In this document: positions 19,021 through 30,205 of the stretch, one piece after another
Layout: each line of letters starts with the position of its first letter
How positions within the stretch are numbered: the first letter of the stretch is position 1
IMG/VR virus record: IMGVR_UViG_3300045995_000065
Coordinates: 8,237-72,236 of that record
Direction: 5' to 3' (one strand)
Length of the DNA stretch: 64,000 nucleotides
Origin: a virus
The notes under the pieces: model-generated
What the model saw: the letters and a program-made list of their open reading frames with translations, nothing else
Told to the model about the DNA's origin: nothing
The model's database searches: none
Translations under genes and position numbers: made by a program

Positions 19021-19152
19021 TTATTGTCCAGTCTTAGATTGAATCCATGTACCAGCAGCGGTCAGGTCCTTGCCTGCACCAGCTACGGCGCCACCAACTG
19101 TGCCACATGCTGCGAGCATGGACACAAGAATGAGTGTTACGATTGTTTTCAT
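19021..19152 (-). CDS. Entericidin EcnA/B-like small lipoprotein (43 aa, not in ORF track)
   Basis: MKTIVTLILVSMLAA-CGTVGGAVAGAGKDL: lipobox LAAC plus GAGKD motif; SD AAGGAG. Confidence 0.7.
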   Translation of the reverse strand: MKTIVTLILVSMLAACGTVGGAVAGAGKDLTAAGTWIQSKTGQ

Positions 19153-19504
19153 GATTTACTCCTTAACGTAAATAGAAATTGGGCGAATCCAGAATTGATA
19201 CCACTTGGGCTCAGAGTAGCCAAGTTCATTGGCACGTTGCATCAATTCAGTGTGGGTAATGTCGTAATATGTCATTGCTGTTGCAACTTTACCACTTACG
19301 AACCGAGCATGAACGGCATCGTAAAAATCTTGTTGTACCCGTTTCATGATTTCTTCTTTCCTGTGAGTTTAATAAACATCCTGATAGGGAACATCAAAAA
19401 CGCATTGGGAGATGTTGGCCCAAATGCATAAGTTAAAACGTAGACCACACTGACAAAGCAGTACATGACCAGCGCAATCATAAGCAGTATAAAGTAAAAT
19501 AACA

Positions 19505-20071
19505 TTATGCCATCTCAGCGTAAGCACGGGCGACTTCCTTGCGGAGGTCTTCAATGCGGGTGGTTAAGTGTACAATGCGCTCTGCAATGCCGCGAGTCAT
19601 TTTCTCGTCGTCAGCGTCCAGTGTGTCATTGAACTCGTATTGGGCAATGGAGAGTTGCTCTTCCAGCACCATCAATTCTTCTTGCATGTTGCCAACGTCG
19701 CCAACAGGACCAGCGCACTTGTCAGCAATCGCAGCAACCTTAGGAGCAAGGACTGCCTTTGTAGCGGCCTTGGCCTGCGCAACAATCAGCAGTTGACCTG
19801 CATAGATCTCAATGCGCATCTTGCCAGTGCGATCCAGCTTGCGCCAGTAGGCGACTTGCTTGGGGGAGAGGTAGCCAAAGCGGGAGAAGAAGTTGGCCAT
19901 GGACGTTCCCATCCGTGCATGGCAAGGACGGAAGCCTTCACCATTGCGGGAGATAACAGTCTCTTGCACTTGCTCAGAAGCAGTTTGGCGCTCGTTAAGG
20001 GCAACCAACGCACGGGCAATAGCCTTGTCGTTTGTCTTGAGCAACGTAACAATTTCTGCTTTGGTGACCAT
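19505..20071 (-). CDS. Early hypothetical protein
   Basis: First gene after promoter 20104-20132; RAL..L..RQT..EQ...NG.GF...LSPKQ. Confidence 0.7.
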   Translation of the reverse strand: MVTKAEIVTLLKTNDKAIARALVALNERQTASEQVQETVISRNGEGFRPCHARMGTSMANFFSRFGYLSPKQVAYWRKLDRTGKMRIEIYAGQLLIVAQAKAATKAVLAPKVAAIADKCAGPVGDVGNMQEELMVLEEQLSIAQYEFNDTLDADDEKMTRGIAERIVHLTTRIEDLRKEVARAYAEMA

Positions 20072-20077
20072 TTTGAA

Positions 20078-20132
20078 CTCCGTTAATTACTTACTAAGCC
20101 ACTATTGTACAATAAATGGCTTTTTTAGTCAA
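20078..20132 (-). promoter_or_regulatory. Early promoter cassette 1
   Basis: TTGACT-17-TACAAT-AGTGGCTTAGTAAGTAATTAACGGAG. Confidence 0.9.
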
Positions 20133-20428
20133 ATTAGGCAGTTACGCAGGTACCGCGGATGTAAGGGCCGTGTTGGTAGCAGCCGCTATTTTGGGGGCCG
20201 TCTTGAGTAACGCGGGTATTGGCAGTGAGGCCTTGAGCTTGCAGGAGACGCTCTACTGCGGCAACGACAGTTGCGGAAGCGGAGGGCATAGCAAAACCTA
20301 CAGTGCGGCGATCTCCGCTATTGCGGTTGCTGTTAGTGTAGCTGTCGTAAATGCTGAAACCGTTGGCACGGGCAATGTAACGAACTGCGGCGCGGAACTG
20401 AAGGGTGGTAGCTACTTGCATTTGGAAA

Positions 20429-20483
20429 CTCCGTTAATTACTTACTAAGCCACTATTGTACAATAAAACCATTTAATGGTCAA
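20429..20483 (-). promoter_or_regulatory. Early promoter cassette 2
   Basis: TTGACC-17-TACAAT-AGTGGCTTAGTAAGTAATTAACGGAG. Confidence 0.9.
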
Positions 20484-20730
20484 ATCATGCAAAGTTGTCA
20501 AAAGCGTCGTGGCCTACGTCAAAACCGTGTTTCTTGCAGAATACGCTCCAAGCGGGCAGCGACTTCATGTCATTGTAAGTGTCAACCCAATTGTACATGC
20601 GGGTGGACATGGAATAGCCTTTTGCGGCGGTGTTATAATACGCATTTTGGTTCTTGACCAAAAGCAGTTGGAGACGCTCAAGTTCTGCTACTTGCTTTTC
20701 CATGTCCGTTTTACGCTTTGCCATTTTCAA

Positions 20731-20785
20731 CTCCATTAACTACTTACTAAGCCATAATTGTACATTAAATGGATTATTCAGTCAA
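20731..20785 (-). promoter_or_regulatory. Early promoter cassette 3
   Basis: TTGACT-17-TACAAT-TATGGCTTAGTAAGTAGTTAATGGAG. Confidence 0.9.
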
Positions 20786-21021
20786 CCCAAGGTCCACGCC
20801 GTTTTAGCCCTTTGATCTCAGAATGCTTGCATCGCAGTATGTTGATTTTCTCTTTGCCCACTTTCATGGGTAGGTCAAGGTGGATAATGTACACTGGCCC
20901 TTCTTCTGTGGAGATGAGTGTGTCGTTTCCCACGCTTCCAACGAAGGGAATGTTCTTGTACTTGCCCTCAACGCGGGCCATGAACTCGTACTTTGCTTTG
21001 TATCCGTTCTTCTCAAACCAT

Positions 21022-21183
21022 TCAGTCTGTGTCGCCATTTTGGTCATCCCTTCGCAATTGAATGGCTTCCTCAATGCCTTCCCAGTTGTCTACACCAGCA
21101 TCTTCGAGACATTGAAGCCAAAACTGGTCTTTACAAAGTTGGTCGTACTCTGCTTTAGTGATAGTAATCATTTCTTGTTCCAT
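21022..21183 (-). CDS. Small acidic protein with GVDNW motif (T7-like gp5.9/RecBCD-inhibitor-like; 53 aa, not in ORF track)
   Basis: MEQEMITITKAEYDQLCKDQFWLQCLEDAGVDNWEGIEEAIQL... Confidence 0.5.
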   Translation of the reverse strand: MEQEMITITKAEYDQLCKDQFWLQCLEDAGVDNWEGIEEAIQLRRDDQNGDTD

Positions 21184-21902
21184 TATCTTTCCCTATTTAA
21201 GTATTCAGTTGCATCTTTTGGGTTACCCACACCTTCAATGTCCCAGCGCAGTGCTTGCAGAATATCAAAAAGGAGCTCTCCGGCAGCTTGGTCTGACGAA
21301 GTGTGGGTTGCGACGATTTCTTCAATTTCAGCGAGTTGGCTCATTATTTGATTCCTATTAGGTTGCGAAGTTCTTCCATTGCGCTTCCGCGGCCGTGTTC
21401 ATACGCTGCATTAAGTAGAGCAGCGATCTTCCATGCGTCTACTTTTACAAGTTCGTCCGCTTCTAAGACACGGGTGCAAACACCAGGGTCATTGTAGTGC
21501 ATAAGCAGGACGCGATCGTTACCATCTTCGTCCTCTTTAACTATCCATTGTAGTAGTCGTGCCATAATTAAAACGCGATGTCGTCGTCCATGTCTGCAAA
21601 GTAGACGGGTTCCCATACCGGCCCAACATACTTAGGATTGTCGAAGCTGTTAAACACTGTCTGATAATCCCAGACACTGTCTCCGCGCAGTCTATCTTGT
21701 TCTTCAGTGAGAATTTTTATTCCTGCCCCGACTGGCGTGTCGTCATCGTCGTTCCCGCGTATTACGCGGATGTCGCCGTTTGTATATGTGCCGTCCCATC
21801 CGCCGTTGATTACACGGAAACTAAAGTTCGCAGGATCAAAGTCGTCCTTGACTGTGACCAGCAGACTGGGCCTGCCGTCGCTATCACCAAGCATTAGTCT
21901 CA

Positions 21903-22343
21903 TTACAGGCAAGCCTTTACAACCTTGGATGCCATGCCGCCGTCATACTTGCCAGCGTGTTTTGCCTTGAGCGCAGCCATAACTTGGCCCATGTTAGCAC
22001 CAACACCAAGCTCGTTAAGGATTGCACGTACTGCAATAGTAAGCACGTATTCGTCCATTTGTTGTGGCATGTAAGGTGCTAGGATAGCGGCTTCGCCACG
22101 CAGCATTACAAGTGCTTCGACGTTCTTTGCAGCTTCCATGTACTTGATGGATTCGTTGATACCGTCAAGGAACTTCTTGACGAGCTTAACCACGTCAGCG
22201 TCAGTGACCTCACGGTTGCCATCGTTTTTGCCAATGGCGGTTAGCTCACCAATTAGTGTGGTAAGCAGAGTTGCAGAGAGACCCATCTTTGCCTTGCGGG
22301 CAGTAAGTTGGTCAGCTTTGATTTGTGCAAATAGTGTCATCAT
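21903..22343 (-). CDS. GatB/YqeY domain protein
   Basis: IKADQLTARKA...L..E...L..YMPQQM...MGQVMAALK...YDG..AS. Confidence 0.88.
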   Translation of the reverse strand: MMTLFAQIKADQLTARKAKMGLSATLLTTLIGELTAIGKNDGNREVTDADVVKLVKKFLDGINESIKYMEAAKNVEALVMLRGEAAILAPYMPQQMDEYVLTIAVRAILNELGVGANMGQVMAALKAKHAGKYDGGMASKVVKACL

Positions 22344-23872
22344 CTTTCCTTAAAAATCGTTGTCATCAATATCCCGCGGCTCAGGCAGCGGTTGTCTCTC
22401 GGGTATCTTCCCTTCGTACATTTCAGTCCACTGCACATACACATCCATCGCAGTAGAATGCGACAATGCGTGAGCAGCAAGGTGCACCATCATGTGGTTC
22501 ACGATCATATCAGCGAACTTCTCGTGATCGAAAGTTTCGATGTCAATGGTGCACTGCTCGGCAAATTCTACGAACTTTGGATGCATAGTTCAACCCCATA
22601 AAATGTCGCAGCATATGCAACTCGCGCTGGACTTGCGGCGTGCGTGTCCATGAGATCGTATGCGAACTTTTCAATCAGCAACTTAGTAAGACGATCAGTA
22701 TATTGGTCAATACCGCGCTCACCATTGGCGTCACATTCTTTCAATGCTTCGTCAGCAAGTTTCTTAATACGTTCGTTCATTCTTTGCCCCTTAGCAGAGT
22801 GATTGTCGGGATGTCAGTTATGTCAAGGTGCGTGATTGCCGTGATAACCATATAAACAAGAAACACGACATTTACCACTGGAACAATAGACGCCATAGTA
22901 AACATCAACAGATCGCCAAACGACAGATCCATTTTCTCATACCAGTTTATAAAAAGGTTCCCCACCAAGCATACCACGACGGTGACTGTGTATACGTTTT
23001 CCATCACTAAACTCCAAAATACGCTTCGAGCGATTCTGCAAATTCGGGACCGCCCACATCACGCAGGTGCTGGCATGATTCCTTAACAACCAACTCAGCA
23101 AGAGTGGATGCCATTATAGCAGTCCAAGCGGTATCGTTGCTTTCAACTTTAATGTCATGCTTTTTGCACATCTCATAGGCAGTTGCGCCTGCTTGCTCAA
23201 ACAATTTTATTGCACGGCTGTTCATTTGTTATACCTTTTAGTTGTCTTCATCGTCATTTTCGACAAAATGGGCAACTTTGTCGCCATTTTTAATCTCACC
23301 AGGCGGATTAAACTTTTTCACAAATGCCCGTGCAGCAGCTTCGGTTCGAAACTCTTTAACATCTTCTAGAAAATCGCCATGATACATATTGGCTTCAAAA
23401 ATCTCTACATAGTATTTCATTCTTCTTCCTCACCCTTGAAAAAGTCCCATCCTTTGCCGCCGAGCTTTTTCCAGTTTTCGTATTTCTGCACTTCTTCTTG
23501 ACAGCGTCTGGGTTGTCCCACGCTACCAATAACTGCACCGCAATCAAGGCAGCGGTAACCGTATCCTGCACCTTCGTCAAATATTGCTACTCCGCCACAC
23601 GGCGAGTAGATTTGCTTGGGGTTTATGCTGTCGTTCATCACATCTCGTCAATCTGTACGCTCATGTCGCACCAGTTGCCGCAAAGGCCCACAGCGCTCTT
23701 CATGCTTGCATTCATACTCTCGAGCGAGCGCAAAGCAGCGGCTACGGCGGCGTTAGTGGCAAGTTGATCGCCAAGTTGCCAGCGGATTTGCTTTGCAGTA
23801 GTGTATACAGACACGCCCTTAACGATGACGCGAAACTTCTGCGATTGTTTGTACTTGAATGTCTTAGCCATT

Positions 23873-24034
23873 TTATGCCTTAAAGATTTCGAATGCACGG
23901 GCAAAGCCGCAAGAGAAAGGAACAGGGTGATTGACACCTTGTTGGGCGCATTTGCCGTTAGTACCAGATGGGCAACGAGCGCGGAACGGACAGTCCGTAA
24001 ACGCGGGGATTTTGCCTTGTACTAACTGTTTCAT
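23873..24034 (-). CDS. Small Cys-containing protein (53 aa, not in ORF track)
   Basis: MKQLVQGKIPAFTDCPFRARC...KC...FSCGFARAF; first gene after promoter cassette 4. Confidence 0.6.
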   Translation of the reverse strand: MKQLVQGKIPAFTDCPFRARCPSGTNGKCAQQGVNHPVPFSCGFARAFEIFKA

Positions 24035-24040
24035 CGCTTA

Positions 24041-24092
24041 CTCCATTAACTTACTAAGCCACTATTGTACATTAAAACGATTAATGGGTCAA
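24041..24092 (-). promoter_or_regulatory. Early promoter cassette 4
   Basis: TTGACC-17-TACAAT-AGTGGCTTAGTAAGTTAATGGAG. Confidence 0.9.
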
Positions 24093-25258
24093 TTCTGAAG
24101 AATGTCCCAAACATTTAGCTTTTCCTCTGCCGCTTTGCGCAGTCTCTGCTCGCGGTCCAAACTTTGCCGTGCGTCTGCTGCTTGTGCTTTTGCCAGTATT
24201 AGTTTCTGCTCTTGATCAGCGAGCAACTCAATCACTGTGCGAGTTGTTAGCCGCTTGATTTCTTCATCCTGCTCTTTGATCATTTCTTCAGCTGAACGGA
24301 GGTCACAAGTCACATTGTCGAGTGCTTGGTGAATCTCAGCGGGAGTGTCAAAATCTTCAAACACATCTTGCCACGCTTGCTTATTTTCGATGATTTTCAG
24401 TAAACGCTGCACAACGGGGTCAAGTGTGCCAGAGAGGTAAACATAGTTGATAAAATCTTTGTCAACTGCAAGTTGCGCGGCAATGTGTAAATGGTTCATT
24501 GTGTGTACTTAAGTGCGGCCATTGTAAATGCAGCATCAGCTTCATCGTATTTCCAGAAGAACCAAGTAAAGTCTCGCGGCTGCTTTTTGGCACCTTTTGT
24601 TTCGAAAATCATTGCGAGATCGTCAGTGACCCCTTTTATTTCTTCCCAAGTATTTGCGCCAGTGGACCATTCGCTAAAGTGAATCTCAAACCAAGTCTTT
24701 TTGCCAGGCCGCTCTTGCCGCACGAACTCAAACTGTTTCGTTTTCTTTATTACTGTGCGCTTTTTAACATTTGTCATTTTCTTCTCTTTCGAGCCAGGCG
24801 TTGTCAAATTCTTCGCGAGTCATTAGCTCAGGATAAGTTAGCTTCAGGTATGTCGCCATTGACTCATCCCAAAACTTAAATGCAACGTAATTGTCAGTGT
24901 CATCAGCAAAGGTGCCATCCCATGTGTTAAGGTAATTTGTCTTACCAAACCGTTCCTCACAGAACTTCCATATCACTATCATCTTGTCAAACTCTGTATG
25001 TCCCTTACGGCGCATGATAAGATCAACTGACATTAACCCACTCCCACTTAAGGATGAACATACTTGCATCCTTTTCTTCCTTGAATGCAAATACAGTATT
25101 ACCAAACGTGCAGTGGATAACCCAAAGTTTAGTGCCCATGCCACTCCAGTCTTTGGGTGTTTCGTAAGTCCATCCGCCATAGCCAATATTCGCAGTGCAC
25201 CAATCAGTCATCTCAAGATGTTGGTGGTAGCGGTCCTTGCCAAAGCGAACTTCAAAGG

Positions 25259-25930
25259 TCATGCAAACTCTCGCTCGACTTTACCGTCGGTTAGTACGCC
25301 CCACATTTTCATCTTGGAACGCATGTCTGCCATTGCAGGGAAATCAGCAGCATACAGTTTCATGTCGTATTGGCACTTGCTGCCGCCAGACCCACTACCA
25401 GTGTTGATGCCAGTGTCCTTGAAGTAATCAGAGCCGTAGCCGTCACATTCACGAGGGACCTTGTGATCAGTGGAGCCAGCGTTTACCGTGTAGTAGATAT
25501 GTCCTTGCCAACCTGGGTAACCTTTGGGTAGGTGTGCATTTTCAGGACGGCTTTGGTTCCAATTTTGTACACCGTCACGTGGGCAAGAGTGAGTGTTGGA
25601 TACAGAGTCGCTCCATCGCATGTTTTCAAACCTGACACTGACCAGTGTATGCTTGTTCTTTGGCTTCTTGTCAAGGTGCCACAGTGAATGTTTCATGCCG
25701 TTAGCGAAGAACCAGTCCCAGTTTTTAGCGATAAATTCTTCAAGCTCTTTGATGCTTGTAACAGTTGCGCCCATGCGCTTGATAAACGATTCGCGCTCTG
25801 CTTCCATCTGCCCAATCTTGCGAGCTTGGTTGCGTTGACGAGCGAGTCCACGCAGGTGACTTGTGTATTTGTTTTTGTCTTCAAAAAGCTTGCCGTCAGC
25901 ATCGCTTTTCCATACGAGAATTTGACTCAT
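25259..25930 (-). CDS. Conserved hypothetical phage protein
   Basis: 223 aa; VSNTHSCP..G..NW...GYPGW.G...GINTGSG motifs. Confidence 0.65.
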   Translation of the reverse strand: MSQILVWKSDADGKLFEDKNKYTSHLRGLARQRNQARKIGQMEAERESFIKRMGATVTSIKELEEFIAKNWDWFFANGMKHSLWHLDKKPKNKHTLVSVRFENMRWSDSVSNTHSCPRDGVQNWNQSRPENAHLPKGYPGWQGHIYYTVNAGSTDHKVPRECDGYGSDYFKDTGINTGSGSGGSKCQYDMKLYAADFPAMADMRSKMKMWGVLTDGKVEREFA

Positions 25931-26331
25931 TGGAATTGTCCTTCACGTTCAGCGCACTTAACAATGCCAGGGTTGGTGAATCCACCAAAGCCTTCGCACG
26001 GTTCGTCGATGTAAATGCTCTTGGGTGTAAAGCCGTAATTGCGTTGGCAGTATTCGTTGATCTCAGACTCAGTGGGAGTCACGCCGTCAAAAACGAGTGT
26101 AACCCAACCTTCGAGGTAATTTTTGCTGGAATCGTAAATCATTACAGTTTCCTCGATTCGTCAATGTACGTTTGCATACGTTCCAGCTCAGTTTGGGTGC
26201 GCCAGAGATTGTAATTGACCTCAGCCGTATCTTTGTTTTGTTCCATAGCGGCGATAGCCTTGACCAAAAAGGACATAGCTTGATACGCTATCTGAAGTTT
26301 TTGCTTATCTACCATGTTATCACCATTAGCT

Positions 26332-26373
26332 TTACTAAGCCACAAGTATACATTAAGATGATTTATGGGTCAA
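26332..26373 (-). promoter_or_regulatory. Early promoter cassette 5
   Basis: TTGACC-17-TATACT-TGTGGCTTAGTAA. Confidence 0.85.
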
Positions 26374-27948
26374 ATCAAATCTTCAGTGGATTCTCCAGCG
26401 TAAACTGCACGGCGATTCCGGTCGCAGCCACAGTTAAACCACGTGGCAAAGTCTTCAGCCTCTTGCTTGGTGCTGAACTTTTGCTGGTTAAGGACCTTGT
26501 AAACATCCTTGGCAAGTTCGTGCCGCGACTTGGCTACGTGGACTTCAACAATGTGTGTCATTGATAAGACCTTTCTTGCCCAACTTTTTGCACAGTAGTA
26601 GGCAGTTGCCTTATAAGGTTTTGTGACTCTTCAACCTTCCAGCCGCAGATTGGACTCTCGGGGAAAATTGCACGGGCTTGCTCGATGTCGTCTACTTCAT
26701 AGTAGCCGTGAAGGTAATAATCAACATTGCCACAAAAGTCTGCGAACCGTGCGTAAACTGCGACAATCATTTTAACTCCGGAATGTAAGGCGCAATGCTT
26801 CCAGATAGTCATCTGTTCCCATTTGCGTGTTGCCATTATCTATTGCATCGTAAATACCCGCACACTCACTAACTATTAACTGTGCGAACTTTTCGATGTC
26901 ATTTTCCCAAAGTACATACGGATCTCTGCGACCATAATGCAGGCTTGTTTTCTGCATCCCTGCCGCTAAAGCAAGTTTCTCGATTTGTTCGTTCATATGC
27001 AGTAATCCATCTCTTGTTTAATCATTGCGAACGGAATCAACCATCCGTTGTTCATTGCTTCCAAGATGTAGTTCTGATGCTTTAGCGGGCAATTGGGATG
27101 AATTTCAATTCCCGCAATGTTACACTGTGCAATGCCATCAGTCATTATGAACCGCGGATCATTGTACGGGATTTTAACAAAGGCTGATGGTTTAGATGTA
27201 ATAGTCATTATTCTTTACTCCAGTATGTACAAAATTTATCGCCAGGTTTCATTGTTGCTTGGTTGACATTTCTCTTAGATCCGTCTGACAGCAAGACAAC
27301 CGCGTCTCGATAACGCAACTCCAAAATCTGTGTCACGGTTTCTTCATGCTTGCATACATCTGGGTGTTCGGCTTCATTCATTGCCAATCCAAGGCATATT
27401 AGAATTATGCTGCCAATAAGAATGATTGTCACCAGTGGTGCAACTATTGAAGGTTTGTGGGGGGTCATTTGTAACGCTCCAGTAATTCTTTGTGGCGGGT
27501 TTCGATATCCTTCATGTGCACATCAAGTTTCTTTTGTGCGCCATTCCGGTCCTTGGTTTCCTTTTGCCAAGCTTCCCACAGTTCCAGCGCAGTGCTGCCC
27601 TTTGCGAGACCAAGGCCCTTGTATACTACTTGCTTGCTCATATCTTAACTCCAGTTAGTTCTTCCTTCTGCATACTTCAAAAGGAAAAATTCCAATTGTT
27701 CGTCAGATTTTACAAAGAACGAATGTTGCCCACTATTTTTTTCCAGCTGGTAAGACCACGGAATATTAGTTCTTAAAATGTTCCGGGTATCAACATCATA
27801 ACTCGGCCCAAACGTTGATGTAAAGAAATCATGCAATTCCCTGAACGAATCTTTGTTTGCTGCCCATGCGTCAGCTAAAGTAATTTTTTTACGGAATATC
27901 CCCGAGGCAACGGAATTACCGTGAATGTCTGAGAGTACGTAGTGCATC

Positions 27949-28260
27949 TTAGTTACTTAGTAATGCCCACACGGCAGTCTTTTCCAAATCGTCTCGGAAC
28001 TCTGGATACACGGTGTGCAGCTTGCTTTCTTCGATCTTAGTGTAGGTCTTTTCCTTCTTTTCCCACACCTTACGCATTTGGAAACGATTTATGTCGTAAA
28101 TCTTAGTAGACAGCTTCTTGCCGCGGCGTCCCCAAAATGAAACATATTTGCCTGGGTCCCAGGCGAACTCATCGTCGGGCTCGCTAATGCAAATTACGCC
28201 CCACACCTTGTCGACGTTTTCCTTCTCGTCGCGTTCCCAGCCGATGAACTCGTATTTCAT
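27949..28260 (-). CDS. WGR-domain-like protein
   Basis: DKVWG...VSFWGRRG...K.K.Y pattern. Confidence 0.55.
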   Translation of the reverse strand: MKYEFIGWERDEKENVDKVWGVICISEPDDEFAWDPGKYVSFWGRRGKKLSTKIYDINRFQMRKVWEKKEKTYTKIEESKLHTVYPEFRDDLEKTAVWALLSN

Positions 28261-29772
28261 TTAGATGTCCTCTTGACATTGACGTGTTGCTTCCTCGTCG
28301 CAATGGCAAAGAGTAGTGTAGTCGCCGTGAATATCTTCAGCGTAAGGGCAAGTGTGGCCTTCATCTTTGCATTCCACTTTTTGCAGTGACTCAATGAGTT
28401 CAACTCGCGACACTAAGCGCCAGCTATCAGCAAACCCAACCTCTACCCAATTTACTGGGGCGAGCCAACGGTCGCCATTAGGACCTTGCCCAACTGCGGC
28501 AAGTGAACTTCCGCCACTCTTCCAGAACAGGCGATACAAACCCAATGCCAACTTCTTTGCTTCAACTTTGGTCATACGTTTAGAACCCAAAAAATTACTG
28601 CGCCCAGCAAACACCCTGATAGGACGACGACCCAGGCACCTGAAATGTCGTCGTCGGGTAACGGACGGGAGATCATTTACTTTGCTCCGAACTTTGCTTG
28701 CAACCGCTCAAACTCGCGACGGTCACGGTCTTCAGCCATTGCTGCATAACGTTCTTCTTGCTCGATGCGGTACTGCATTTCAGCGTCAGTCTCGGGCTCG
28801 TCAACAAACACCCGCAGGTATTTCTGGTCAGAGTCTGAGTATTGTTCGCAAGTTGAATCCAGCGTAGCATAAAAGCCGTAGGTGTCTAGCAACTTCTTCA
28901 GTCGCTCAACTGCTTCCACCAAGGTGCAGCAATCCAGATCAACAGTTTCCTTTTCACGTGCTCGCAGTATGCGCTCACGGTTTACTTTTAGTGCCATTAT
29001 GAGTTCCCTTCAAATTCGTCAGCGTATTCGTCCATGTCCTCTTGCATCTCGCGCACAACAGTGACAGGCAGTTCAAACTCCTTTGCAACGGCAGTCACAG
29101 ACTTGCCCTCACGCAGCATCTCTTGAACATTGTAATACAGATCTTTCATTGCAGCCATTAGCTTTCTTCCTTAACATTAATCACGACAACTACCATGCCC
29201 TTGACGGGATCGTAGTACCAATCTTTGGAAATCATTTCCACCTTAGGGTCAGTGAGAGAGTAATCTTTCAACCACTCCCGCATTATAATGTCTATTGAGA
29301 CTGTGCTTACCAGTTGTTTGTATTCAGTTGTCATTTCATTGCCTTAAATTGTGCGAACTGTTCTTCTTGCAGAGCGTCATAAACAGTGCCAGCATCAATT
29401 GCTACCTGTTTAGTTGGCACTTCGTAAATGAACGCGATGAGTTCAAAATCCACTTGCTGCCACGGCGCATAGCTGCCACTCATGTAAGTATCAAGTGCCT
29501 GCTTTGCTGCAAGCTTGATAACTTCTGCGTAGGATTTCATGCGTACTGCCCCTTCGTGTTACGGACACGGTTTTGGTAAAGATCACGGTAGCTTTGGATA
29601 CGCGGCTGGTAAACACCAATGTTACGCTTTTCCAGTTTGAATTTTTCGTAAACAAAGTTGCAGCACTCGCCTAGGCTGTTGCTTTCAAACAACACCTCAG
29701 CGTCATCATCGTGTGCCAGCTTCATTGCTGGATTGAGATAAAAGCACTGATATTCCATGTCGCTTGCCTTTG

Positions 29773-29818
29773 TTACTTACTAAGCCACTATTGTACATTA
29801 AAGTGAATATTCAGTCAA
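29773..29818 (-). promoter_or_regulatory. Early promoter cassette 6
   Basis: TTGACT-17-TACAAT-AGTGGCTTAGTAAGTAA. Confidence 0.9.
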
Positions 29819-29842
29819 AAAGAAGGGGCCTGGCAAGACCCC
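29817..29842 (-). terminator. Rho-independent terminator insulating the early region
   Basis: GGGGTCT-TGCC-AGGCCCC followed by TTCTTTTT, running into the -35 box. Confidence 0.75.
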
Positions 29843-29863
29843 AACTTTAACGGTGTATACTGT

Positions 29864-30196
29864 TTACTTGAACAGAATAAACGCCAGTGCTGTAGCTTGT
29901 GCGATGAATCCAGCGCCGTTTGTTACGACATTGAACATGTTCTTTAGCAGAACTGCGCGAGCAAACATAAGCAGTAGTCCAGTCCAAACGAACAGTACCA
30001 TGTCAAGTGATGGAGCACGGTCTGTTAGACCAGCCATCATTGCCATCATAGTAGGAACTGTTACGCAGTGCAGCACCACAATTGCCAACCATTCAAGCGT
30101 ATCCGCTGTGATCTTTGGGAAGTGATTGAATGCAAAGTTCAAAACTTTTTGGGTCATTGGTACCACAGTGGTACCTGCGTCATTAACTTCGTCCAT
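29864..30196 (-). CDS. Small membrane protein (3 TM)
   Basis: Hydrophobic helices; directly downstream of the cell-wall hydrolase. Confidence 0.6.
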   Translation of the reverse strand: MDEVNDAGTTVVPMTQKVLNFAFNHFPKITADTLEWLAIVVLHCVTVPTMMAMMAGLTDRAPSLDMVLFVWTGLLLMFARAVLLKNMFNVVTNGAGFIAQATALAFILFK

Positions 30197-30205
30197 TTTG
30201 ATTCC

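Larger units (their letters stand above)
17992..29758 (-). other. Early/host-takeover region: about 45 tightly coupled small ORFs (45-225 aa)
   Basis: All on the minus strand with SD sites and overlapping start/stops; punctuated by six sigma70 promoter cassettes. Confidence 0.8.

Noticed and set aside
29158-29334. Suspected frameshift in a CT run near 29255
   Set aside because: Re-reading gives an intact 58-aa ORF (MTTEYKQL...VKEES), simply below the track cut-off
20078-29818. Repeats as a CRISPR array
   Set aside because: Spacing is 300-3400 bp with whole genes between copies; repeats contain -35/-10/SD; no cas genes
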